A stretch of DNA of 62,784 nucleotides, counting the filler, from an uncultured virus (IMG/VR IMGVR_UViG_2049941000_000092) (Duplodnaviria; Heunggongvirae; Uroviricota; Caudoviricetes). It is 15 parts of one record of this genome, joined end to end, with 100 filler letters (N's around TTAATTAATTAA, not from the genome) between each part and the next. Parts side by side here need not be neighbours in the genome. Positions count along the whole stretch, not along the records: positions 47,068 to 59,430 come from IMGVR_UViG_2049941000_000092; positions 59,531 to 60,423 come from IMGVR_UViG_2049941000_000092; positions 60,524 to 62,227 come from IMGVR_UViG_2049941000_000092; 12 more parts are not named here. One strand, written 5' to 3'. The notes beneath the pieces are model-generated. The model was not told the origin of the DNA. It saw only the letters and a program-made list of their open reading frames with translations, and did no database searches. Positions 52,422-62,195 of the stretch are shown here, one piece after another; the stretch's first letter is position 1, and each line of letters starts with the position of its first letter. The translations under genes were made by a program, and so were the position numbers.

Positions 52422-53667
52422 TAAAATGTAACTTCTTCGTTTATAATTAAACAACTAGATGATAAATAAAGATTTAACACAGAAATTGCATTTTCTAATG
52501 CGAGTCTGTCTGCTTTAACCGGATTAACTACACCAGCGTCAATTAAGTCAGACATTTTCATTGCATTTGCATCAAAACCAACCCTATCTTTAAATAAAGA
52601 TAAATCACCTTCGATACCGCAATTCTGTAAAATCTTTTTAGATATAGAATACAAACCTTGACAAATGTAATCTACAATTTCATCTTCAAACTTTGTATTC
52701 AAATAAGCATTAATAAAGGATAAACCTCCACCGGGAACAACACCCTCTTCAATCGCTGCTTTAGTGGCACAGACAGCATCTTCAATACGATCTCTTCTTT
52801 CACGCATTTCCAAATCCGTCATACCACCTACACGAATACAACTTANNNNNNNNNNTGCTTTTCTTTGAGCATAAAAATCCTTCAAGAAATCTCTATCTAA
52901 ACTATCCGACAAATGATTCAGTTCGGCATCTATTTGCGCCACACGAGCCTCAATAAGCTCTTTACTGCCCTTTCCATCGATAATAGTAGTAGAATCTCTT
53001 GTAACAATAATCTTCTCGCACTTACCAAGCATTTCGATTGTGACCTTTGATAGTTCTATACCAGATTCATATGTTGCAACTTGTGCATTTGTAAGAATCG
53101 CAAGATCCTCGAGAATTTTTGTCCGATATTCACCATAAGACGGAGCCTTTACAGCACAAACCTGAATACGACCCTGTCGTTTATTAATACGTAGATTCTG
53201 AATAACTTCATCATCATAATCTGTCGCGATTAATAGAATTGGTTTATGTTGCTTAACTGCAATTTCCAATACTGGTACAATATCTCTCATCAACTGAACT
53301 TTTTGATCAGTAATAAAAATTAGAACATTCTCTAAAACACACTGTTGCTTAATAAAATCTGTTGAGAATTCAGGAGACTCATATCCCCTGTCAAACTGCA
53401 TTCCGGTAATAGTATCGACATAAGTATGAATATTGGGAGATTCTTCCACAGTAATCACACCATTACGACCAATTATCTTAAATGCATCAGCAATTAGTTT
53501 ACCAATTTCTGTATCATTATTTGAAGAAATTGTAGCCACTTGCTGTAAATCATCATTTGTAACAGGAATGGCTTGTGTACGGACACTCTCAATAATACGT
53601 TGGAATGGCTCCTGTAACATATGTTTGAGAAGAATGGGATTAAGATTGTATCTATCAATCATTTCCG
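52421..53667 (-). CDS. groEL: GroEL-like chaperonin (N-terminus missing)
   Basis: VATISSN, GVITVEE, GMQFDRGY, AVKAPSYG, IEDAVCATKAAIEEGVVPGGG. Confidence 0.9.
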
Positions 53668-53798
53668 NNNNNNNNNNATTTGAAATTTCACCCAGTTTAT
53701 AAGCTTATTTATCTTTCGATAATAAACTTCAATGGCGATAATCATACCAATTGCGATTACTAATGCGAGCGATAAACAAATAATAATAGTTGTTTCCA

Positions 53799-54143
53799 TT
53801 AGAATCCAATCTTTTTACGTTTACATGACTCCGTATAATCAGCTTTTTGAGCATGAAATACTTCAGCTAAAGTCATTTCCTTTATTTCCGGAAGATGTAA
53901 ATCATATTTTTCATTCAGGTGTGCTACCTTATCAGAAGATAGTTTACCAAATTCATACTTGGCAATACAACGTCCTTTTCGAAGTATCGCAGAGTCAATC
54001 TTTTCGATTGCCGCATTGAAGGTGCATATAAACTTTATATTAATAGCATCTCCAAGTAAACCATCTGCCATATTTAATATGGTAGAAATGGCATTATTAA
54101 ATGCATTTTCAGAACGATCTTCGAGAAGTTGCTCACAATCTTC
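53799..54143 (-). CDS. AAA+ ATPase, C-terminal fragment
   Basis: EDCE...ILNMADGLLGD...ICTFN...IDSAILRKGR...KKIGF*. Confidence 0.7.
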   Translation of the reverse strand, partial: EDCEQLLEDRSENAFNNAISTILNMADGLLGDAINIKFICTFNAAIEKIDSAILRKGRCIAKYEFGKLSSDKVAHLNEKYDLHLPEIKEMTLAEVFHAQKADYTESCKRKKIGF

Positions 54144-55029
54144 NNNNNNNNNNAGAATATCTTTGTTAGTTTTGAAAACATCAATAGATAATTCATGTTG
54201 AATATATCTATGTAGTAGTTCGGCATTACAACTAGTATGAATTTTCTGAATATTCTTTCGAACTTCCAGTTTACCAAATTTATAATCAGTCTTTCTGTAC
54301 AGCATGTCCAGGGTGTGATTATAAATCTTCTGTAATTCGGCTTCATTCATATCTACCAGCTTAATGCTATCACCATTCTTTGTTTTTCAAACCCAATTAG
54401 TAATTATATTTTCGCTATTTTTAATTGCTTCCGTTAATTTCTCTGCAAGATCACTCATATCTTTAAAATTTATATTCTTTATATTCTACTTTTTCTTTAT
54501 CTTTTATAAAATTGAGGAAATAACAGNNNNNNNNNNNNNNNNNNNNNNNNNNNNNNNNNNNNNNNNNNNNNNNNNNNNNNNNNNNNNNNNNNNNNNNNNN
54601 NNNNNNNNNNNNNNNNNNNNNNNNNNNNNNNNNNNNNNNNNNNNNNNNNNNNNNNNNNNNNNNNNNNNNNNNNNNNNNNNNNNNNNNNNNNNNNNNNNNN
54701 NNNNNNNNNNNNNNNNNNNNNNNNNNNNNNNNNNNNNNNNNNNNNNNNNNNNNNNNNNNNNNNNNNNNNNNNNNNNNNNNNNNNNNNNNNNNNNNNNNNN
54801 NNNNNNNNNNNNNNNNNNNNNNNNNNNNNNNNNNNNNNNNNNNNNNNNNNNNNNNNNNNNNNNNNNNNNNNNNNNNNNNNNNNNNNNNNNNNNNNNNNNN
54901 NNNNNNNNNNNNNNNNNNNNNNNNNNNNNNNNNNNNNNNNNNNNNNNNNNNNNNNNNNNNNNNNNNNNNNNNNNNNNNNNNNNNNNNNNNNNNNNNNNNN
55001 NNNNNNNNNNNNNNNNNNNNNNNNNNNNG

Positions 55030-55620
55030 ATCTCCAAGTCGACACGCGACACTATTTGGAACAACAATATAATCTCCTTCATAGGTATTACATAAATGTC
55101 GAATGACACTTGACTTACCAGTTCCTGGTGCACCATGAAGAATAATAATACCACCTTCTGGTTCCTTCAAGAAATTAACAATGTCGTTATATACAGGAAT
55201 GAAGTCGTCGTTATAGCATTCGTTAATATCTAAATCAACTTTGCGTACGTCTACAGAACTCGTATAATAATCACCATTGCAATACTTGATAAGACGAATC
55301 TTTGAAAGACTTGTTTCAGGTTCCTCACGCGGAATTCTTCTAAAGATTTCTCGTGCTAATTCTTCAACAGCCTCGATTCTATCATTCATCGAGTTCCAGT
55401 AAATAGAAACACCTTTATGATGTATATAAATTACTCTATAATCTGCAGCAATCACTAGTGAACCGCCTCGTTCTTCTTCATCTTCTTCTGCTTCTACCCA
55501 TGAGTCAATTCTTACAACGTCAACCTGTTTAAATAAATCCTTAATGAGATCGAACTTAATTTGAGCACAATCTCTTCAGAAATCCGGATCGGCCATCTCA
55601 TATTGAAAGATCACTCATAT
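55030..55620 (-). CDS. AAA+ ATPase, N-terminal fragment (likely same gene as 53799-54143)
   Basis: GIIILHGAPGTGKSSVIRHL. Confidence 0.65.
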
Positions 55621-55974
55621 CTTNNNNNNNNNNAACAGAATTGTCAATTAGTTCTGGAGCTCACCTGAGTAATACTGCACGAATTTGTTTTTTAGCTGGC
55701 ATTCCTAATCACCGTTGAATTTGTCCATAGGTTCAGCCTTGTTTTCGCATTGAAATTATACATTTCTCAAAACCATTACAATCAGGATATTCTTCAGTAA
55801 TATCAGAAATGCATCTTAAAATTCCTGCAGTATATTCATGATATTTTTTCTCATAATCCATATTATTTCTTGTCTATTCTGTTACTTGCATCACTAAGAC
55901 AAATTGCAATTGGAAGAGCTAAAAGAACTACAATTACACCAATTATGTCTTTTAATGTTATAACAAACATAATA

Positions 55975-56259
55975 TTAAACTAAATATAATAAACAAAGTG
56001 CATAATGCAAAATTTGATCAGTTATATAACTAATCTTATTATATCTTGCTTTAAGTGCATCTATCGGAAAATGAAGTGTAGTTATTACAAATAACTGCCA
56101 ACACGGTCCGAAACATATAAAGAAGGGAAGAGAATATAGTACACAGTGAATAAATAAATGATACCAATTTCTTCCCTTCGTATCAGCTAGAAATGGAGTT
56201 TGAAAAAAGTAATCTCCAAGTAAATGACATAGTAATAATGTATATAATTTCAATAACAT
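55975..56259 (-). CDS. DUF3307-like membrane protein
   Basis: HLLGDYFFQT...HCVLY...HFPID...DQILH. Confidence 0.75.
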   Translation of the reverse strand: MLLKLYTLLLCHLLGDYFFQTPFLADTKGRNWYHLFIHCVLYSLPFFICFGPCWQLFVITTLHFPIDALKARYNKISYITDQILHYALCLLYLV

Positions 56260-56262
56260 ACA

Positions 56263-56909
56263 TTATATAAGATTTTCAAGGAATTGATCTAAAGGTCGAT
56301 TAGCATTAACATGTTCGTGCATGACATCATCTGGTATATTAGGAGCTTCAGCATTTACTGCAGCCTGTAAGGCATCATTTGCAGCCTGAGCTTGAGCCGC
56401 ACGAGCACGTCGAACCATAGCGTTTACACGTTCTAAAGCAGCATCATTCCAATCTGGAATTTCATCAACATCTTCATCACGTGGCATAGCTCTAACCTGT
56501 AGTTTAGTCCTATCAAATGAAAGTGGTGCTTCTCTATTATTTACATGATTTTTATCATTTTCTTGATTTTCTATTTTTCTGATCTGCACAATCAGTTTAT
56601 CTCCATTTTGAAACTCGCCGCCCATGCGACGAAATGGATCATAACCCATACCAAAGGAAACACGTGTGCGACCATTATCAGTACGCATTGTACCAAATTC
56701 AATAATACCTTGTGTAAGTATCCATCTTACACCAGCCTTAAAAGCATCTGCGATATCACCTTTTGCAGTACATAGACTTGATTGACTATCATCTACATCA
56801 TAAAAAGATTCATATCGCTTTGCAACTGCGTCAAGATCACTTGGTGTTGTTTTCTTATAAAGATCATCAATCCAAGCTTTAAAAACATTAAGAGTGTCTT
56901 CTCTTATAT
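56263..56909 (-). CDS. Hypothetical protein (5' in gap)
   Basis: Long frame with DAFKAGVRW and NGDKLIVQIRK modules and an Ala-rich tail. Confidence 0.5.
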
Positions 56910-57156
56910 NNNNNNNNNNATCAACCTCTCGGTAGACTTTTCCGCACCCATGTTTGTAAGTTATACCAGGCTTTATCAACTAACATTCTCATATTTCGTT
57001 TGTTTTAGTGCCCGTTTGTCATATCACAAATCAATTTCTACACTCCAGAAAAGCCAGCCGATATAAAGGGTGTTGTCATCGTAAAAATGCACAAGAGATA
57101 TGTATGGAAGAAGTACAAAAGACCATTGTCCTTCTTTAAACCAAGGACCATTTAAT

Positions 57157-57678
57157 CTAATATTTCTCATATCTATTTCCTGTTCTACTTTCTTCATTCT
57201 CGGAGAGTTTTCAAGAAGGACGGAAGGATTTGAGCCAATTTCTTACAGACCTGCAGACTTCTAGTGAAGATTGTTTTGCTACCTCTGTCGCAAAAGGACT
57301 ATCGTCAATATATTCTTCAAGCAAGTCCATTTGCTGGATTGCCCGTTTAAGATTCTTCTTGTCCTCCTCGCTCCACTCTGTGTGGCTCACATCCACCGGA
57401 GTAGCGAATTTAACATTCCTCTCCTTCTCGATGGTTTTGGTTGGAATACCGTTGCGGATGTCCTCCGTGATTGCCTTCTTGTCCTTCAGCATCCTGACGA
57501 GAGGATTTTGTTCCACCTCTGCGGGCTTCTGCTCTTTCTGCTTTTCGAGGTAGGCAATATACTCACTTGTCGAGCGATGTGTAAGAACCCCTTGCATTGG
57601 GAGCCTTTCTATATCGTAGATAAGGTCTTTCCTTATCCTCTCGTCCTCGCTCTCCTCTTGCTGGAATATAAAGTCCAT
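57157..57678 (-). CDS. Modular Bacteroidales-phage accessory protein
   Basis: ESEDERIRK, YLEKQKEQKPAE, WSEEDK, WLKSFRPS-W(TGA 57211)-K modules; ends TAG at 57157 if TGA is read through. Confidence 0.5.
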
Positions 57679-57837
57679 ATCGGCTTTGTCTATTTCTTTT
57701 GTTCCACCAATTTTCAATTTCGTAGGCCCTATCATGAGGGCAAACATAATTACCACATACCCTGCAATTGTTGTCATCTGCCCTACAAGATCTGTATAGT
57801 TTCCGAACGACCTTGCGGACTATCCTGTCACTGATTT

Positions 57838-58248
57838 TCATAACTCAATTTCTTTATCAATTCCGCAAAGCCGGAGAGCGTGTTGGAGTTCGTGGACATA
57901 TCGGATGTTGCTTATTCTTGAATTGCTACCAGATACTGAAAAAACAATCCCCATAAGAGTCAACTCAAACATCTTTACCAATATCAGCCCATCTTTACTC
58001 CACCACTTACCACACAATCCACTCGGCTCATTGTCATTGAACCTTGCCTTCTTAAATCCATTCTTCTCTAAGATTTCAGGAGTGATGGGGATGGGATCAA
58101 GGCGGCTCCAGAAACACTCGTCAAGTTCAAAATCGCTCTGCTCAATACGAATCGCTTCATCGTATGGCGCTGTATCGTTCATAGCATCTATACATCCACT
58201 ATTGTGATGGAGAACCCAATCTCCAATCATTAAGTCTTTTGCTTTCAT
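57838..58248 (-). CDS. Hypothetical phage accessory protein
   Basis: MKAKDLMIGDWV...PIPITPEILEKNGF...YVHELQHALRLCGIDKEIEL; ends in a TGA overlapping the next ATG. Confidence 0.6.
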   Translation of the reverse strand: MKAKDLMIGDWVLHHNSGCIDAMNDTAPYDEAIRIEQSDFELDECFWSRLDPIPITPEILEKNGFKKARFNDNEPSGLCGKWWSKDGLILVKMFELTLMGIVFSVSGSNSRISNIRYVHELQHALRLCGIDKEIEL

Positions 58249-58250
58249 AA

Positions 58251-58385
58251 TCAGTCCTCCTCGATAGTTATACCTTTGATTTTCAACCATTCCTCAAAGG
58301 TGGTGGTGTTCGTGTTCCCCCATCTTTCAAAACAATCAACCTCATACAAGTATTGCTCGTATGCCTTTTCCCGTTTCAGTTGCAT
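58251..58385 (-). CDS. Small hypothetical protein
   Basis: MQLKREKAY...TFEEWLKIKGITIEED-TGA. Confidence 0.45.
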   Translation of the reverse strand: MQLKREKAYEQYLYEVDCFERWGNTNTTTFEEWLKIKGITIEED

Positions 58386-58396
58386 CGTCAGTCCTC

Positions 58397-58907
58397 CTAC
58401 ACGATGATGATGCGAACCCTGTCTCCATCCTTCAAATGACGGAACTTATTTATTCCCCAAATTGGAATTGCCCTTAAATCTTCATTGGAAGCATAGTTCC
58501 ACACTTCTGCATCCACCGCATCCTTCATCATCTGCTCCTTCATATCCTTCTTGCCATTCTCATAGTTAATCCGTTGGAGTTCTTCACTTGCGGTATTACC
58601 TATTGAGACGAGGGGGCTTTTCATAATCTGCTCCTTCTGCCATTTCGCCCCAGCGATGAATCTATTTTTTGCGTATTCACAAAACCAATGTGGTCCAATG
58701 GGGCGAGGATGGTTTTCTTTCAGTCCTTTTGCGAGGAAGTACAAATAACCTTCTGTTAAAGCACGGGCTTCGTCAAAATTTATTTCCGCTGCTTCTTCAA
58801 GGTCATTCGGAACAGGCTTTTCCGGCTGCTCCTGCTGGNNNNNNNNNNGCGAATATCCTTTCTTCAAGGTCGTGAATCAGTTTGTCTGCGTCAATGTATT
58901 TGCTCAT
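58397..58907 (-). CDS. Modular accessory protein (gapped)
   Basis: MSKYIDADKL...DLEEAA...FIAGAKWQKEQIMK...DGDRVRIIIV*. Confidence 0.55.
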
Positions 58908-58911
58908 AACT

Positions 58912-59424
58912 CTATTTCTTTGAGTGTTCCGCACCCCATTTGGCGAAGTGGCGGGCGATAACAACATCAGTTTCTCCTGCTTTTTCGGCGAGAAGATATT
59001 CTTCCGTCTCACGAAATCTATCTATCTCGTCTCCTAATTCCTCGCAGACAGGTTGCTCTTGGAGGTAAACGAGGTTGCCATCATTATCTTGTCCAAGAGG
59101 TTGGTCTTTGGCGTGTGCTTCCGCAACCTTCTGCCAATCTACGGGTTGCTCCTGGAGGGTATCAAATTCCAACTCGTCAAGATTGTATCTGATGAACTCG
59201 TTGTGGTCGGTAGGTATGTCGAAATGGCCTTGTCCATCCGTGAACCCATGTACAATTTCTCCAGTTTCTTTTACCCTTGCTGTTCTATCTTTATTTGACC
59301 ATTTATCAATCGGCTCTTTAAGCGTATCAAGAAAGGAAAAAAGCTCGTCCATAGCAAGTTTTAATTGCCAACTGGGATATTTATTCTTTAGCTGTTCAAC
59401 AAAAGTTTTAATCTGTTTTATCAT
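58912..59424 (-). CDS. Modular accessory protein
   Basis: FLDTLKEP, LQEQPV repeats, IARHFAKWG. Confidence 0.55.
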   Translation of the reverse strand: MIKQIKTFVEQLKNKYPSWQLKLAMDELFSFLDTLKEPIDKWSNKDRTARVKETGEIVHGFTDGQGHFDIPTDHNEFIRYNLDELEFDTLQEQPVDWQKVAEAHAKDQPLGQDNDGNLVYLQEQPVCEELGDEIDRFRETEEYLLAEKAGETDVVIARHFAKWGAEHSKK

Positions 59425-59530
59425 TTTTCANNNNNNNNNNNNNNNNNNNNNNNNNNNNNNNNNNNNNNNNNNNNTTAATTAATTAANNNNNNNNNNNNNN
59501 NNNNNNNNNNNNNNNNNNNNNNNNNNNNNN

Positions 59531-59838
59531 TACCAATCAAATTTTGGATTCGTCACATTGTTAGTTTGATTTTGAACGGTCTTTAAGTGAGATACTTCTT
59601 GCAGCGTCATATTGACATCATCTGCTGTAGAATATCCTACAATATCATCACTTAAATACGGATGTCCTTGAGGTGGTGACGGAACGATCTGTATCTCATA
59701 TCGAGCACCTACTGTTGTTGCTGTACCTTTGCCATAACGTATTATTACGGCATAGCCGTTATTGAAACGATGTTTGGCACAAAACAACCCTGGAGTAAGC
59801 TCCCGAAATGACAAATCGTTAACTGTCGGAACCTTCAT
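59531..59838 (-). CDS. Hypothetical protein
   Basis: RFNNGYAVII...YEIQI...DDIVGY motif common in phage proteins. Confidence 0.5.
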
Positions 59839-60126
59839 TCTTGTACTTCATGTACGCCAAAACAGCAGGATATTCTGTTGTCAGCATACGATGATCACTT
59901 GGTACGCCTGCGTTTACACGCACGTGAAACAGACGATGTCTTTTCTCCATCTTCGTCTCACCTTTCTTGTTTGTCACCTCAACCTGTATGGTTCTGATGA
60001 CATTAAGTCCACGAGTTTGCATGTTAATTAGTGTATTAATAAGATAGTGCACTAGTATAATAACCATTCAGTATACATTATTTATCATTATTGATGCAAA
60101 ATCATACAAAATGTTGCAAGAATGTG

Positions 60127-60157
60127 CAAAAATAGTAATAAAAATGTTAAAAACAAA
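60127..60157 (-). promoter_or_regulatory. Bacteroidota primary-sigma promoter
   Basis: Minus strand TTTG-N19-TATTTTTG matches the -33 TTTG / -7 TAnnTTTG consensus, in an AT-rich intergenic region upstream of early genes. Confidence 0.55.
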
Positions 60158-60749
60158 AGTTTTTTGCATTTTTTATAATGTACGTACAGAAAGGCAATAT
60201 TTTCGGCATTTTTGAGAGGTAAGTTGAGTGTTAGGAAACAAGGAAGAGATTGAGTGTCCAATCNNNNNNNNNNCTTCTCACAAGTCCTTCTTTAGACTTA
60301 ACGAGTAATGGTTTTATGTGTTTAAGGGTCATAAAACAGCCATCGATATACGCTTGACGAGCGTTACCGTTTCGATCTTGTAACTCTCCTACCTCATCTA
60401 CAACTAATAATTCCGGGTAAAGANNNNNNNNNNNNNNNNNNNNNNNNNNNNNNNNNNNNNNNNNNNNTTAATTAATTAANNNNNNNNNNNNNNNNNNNNN
60501 NNNNNNNNNNNNNNNNNNNNNNNCCTTCTTACGTTGTTGCAATTGCACCATATAAAACATAGAAGGATCCGAGAAATCTAACTTTCCACGTAAGTAATTC
60601 CAATTATCTACTATTTTCATAATATTCAAGAAAAATGAACAACTTTAAACATGAGGTTTACTAGCGATGATGTGTGCCTCCAATATATTAAACGATTTAA
60701 TTAAAATCTATAGAGTTTCACGATAAGTCTTCGACACACATATTTAAAG

Positions 60750-60994
60750 TTGTTCGCGTGATGATTTGGGTGCGTCACACCACATTCCGTACTGCCCTGT
60801 TACGGTTTAGTCGCACTAACATAATGTAACCACACGGCATGCATTTGGCGTCCGCAGACGAGAGTTGCATACTCACTCGGTGCCCCACATAGGTATCACC
60901 CTATATGAGACGGGAGCCACGGTTAGTAGAAAGTTGCCCTTTAGGCTCCAAATCAAAGAACTTCGCTAATTTCTTTACAAGTAGCGTTACTCGT
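60750..60994 (-). ncRNA. Unidentified structured RNA candidate immediately 3' of tRNA-Gln
   Basis: GC-richer non-coding tract with several complementary helices, including a crossing (pseudoknot) pair. Confidence 0.4.
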
Positions 60995-61068
60995 TGGTTG
61001 AAACATCAAGATTCGAACTTGAACTGTGGGATCCAAAATCCCAAGTGCTACCATTACACCATGCTTCA
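60995..61068 (-). tRNA. trnQ: tRNA-Gln (UUG) with encoded CCA
   Basis: TGAAGCA/TGTTTCA acceptor stem, TGGGA-TTTTGGA-TCCCA anticodon arm, TCAAG-TTCGAAT-CTTGA T arm, ACCA end. Confidence 0.93.
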
Positions 61069-61074
61069 AGTTCG

Positions 61075-61350
61075 CTATACCTCGACAATGCAAGAGTTAG
61101 GTTTCCAATAGCCTCTAAGCTTGGCCCGCTTCAGTGCTTCCTTCTCATTGTGAGCATAAAACTTGAATCCGTTGCACTTATAAGTGTGCAAACCTTTTGC
61201 TTCAAGCGAGTTGTTCTCTTTGTACGAATTGTTCGTACGATACGTTCCGTTCTCAGTCGCTGTAATTCTGGTTTTACCAGTTGCTGCGGCAAGAAGGAAT
61301 GGTGCAAGAAGACCATACATTTTCTTCATTCCGTTCATAAGTTCATTCAT
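61075..61350 (-). CDS. Hypothetical protein
   Basis: 91 aa ORF, NGFKFYAHNEKEALKRA. Confidence 0.5.
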   Translation of the reverse strand: MNELMNGMKKMYGLLAPFLLAAATGKTRITATENGTYRTNNSYKENNSLEAKGLHTYKCNGFKFYAHNEKEALKRAKLRGYWKPNSCIVEV

Positions 61351-61566
61351 TATTGAAAAACAGTTGAGAAATCAAGATTGGGAACACTGAGTCTTCGGGT
61401 AGTATATTTGTACTTTCTATCGGAAGCATTATACCACTTTACTAGTTCTAACCTACGTTCCCGTTTAACGAATGCTTCTGCGTTTGATTTTGAAACAGGT
61501 ACTGTTATACCTTGTAGTATGAAACAGTACTTTACAGAAGTTTCTTTCTTCCGATANNNNNNNNNN

Positions 61567-61801
61567 CCTTCTCACAGAACCACATTGCTACATAGCAGCC
61601 TATGAAATTGGTTGTCGCCTGAACCCCGATCGCAACCCAAAGGTCAACTTCGAAAATAAATTTAATTACAATGGCTGAAAATGTGTAACAAACGCAGTTG
61701 GCCAGAGAAGCAATAAGCTTACTAGACTTTATTACTAAAATGGACCGTACAATGTGTAAGAACACATTGCAAAATGAGATAAGAATGTATACACCAATCA
61801 T
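61567..61801 (-). CDS. DUF5698/UPF0316-like membrane protein
   Basis: Three hydrophobic helices, NVFLHIVRSILVIKSSKLIASL...NFIGCYVAM. Confidence 0.6.
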
Positions 61802-61802
61802 A

Positions 61803-62195
61803 TGGTGGACCTGAGCGGAGTCGAACCGCTGTGTCTATAAAATACCCACATTGACTTTATTTATATGCTTAGGATAACCATGTATTTATTGAGCTAGGTT
61901 CCACTATCACTCATTGAGAGATTTCTTCCCTGAGTTTCTCTCGGTTCTCAGCATCGGTGTGAGCTAAGCTCACCTCCACCACTTTGTTTTACGAACTACA
62001 AAGAAAACTAAGCAGCCATCCGTACAGTGAACGGAGACTGGCCAAACATGCTGCGCAGATCGACAACCTTGTTGCGAATTCTGCTATTAGTGTTATTGGC
62101 ATTTAATAGTTTGCACGCATCTTATAAGGTACTGGCGCACATTTACCTGCATAAGTCAATATTAATACGTTATAGGTCAAAACCAGAACAGGCCC
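61803..62195 (-). ncRNA. ssrA: tmRNA (one-piece, 393 nt)
   Basis: 5' GGGCCTGTTCTGGTTTTGAC; 3' AGCGGTTCGACTCCGCTCAGGTCCACCA; acceptor stem with G3.U wobble; TAAAT-GCC resume site and tag ORF 62100-62008 ending in AA-TAG. Confidence 0.92.

Noticed and set aside
4527..57213. In-frame TGAs as pseudogenisation or deamination damage
   Set aside because: Damage or decay would also give TAG/TAA interruptions and stops at Gln/Arg sites. The observed interruptions are TGA at Trp positions in essential genes.
60880..60950. HDV-like/theta ribozyme assignment
   Set aside because: P1- and P4-like helices exist, but I could not place P1.1, a canonical L3 or P2, so the element is left unassigned
60995..61068. 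tRNA as the UGA suppressor
   Set aside because: Anticodon loop TTTTGGA gives UUG (Gln), not UCA
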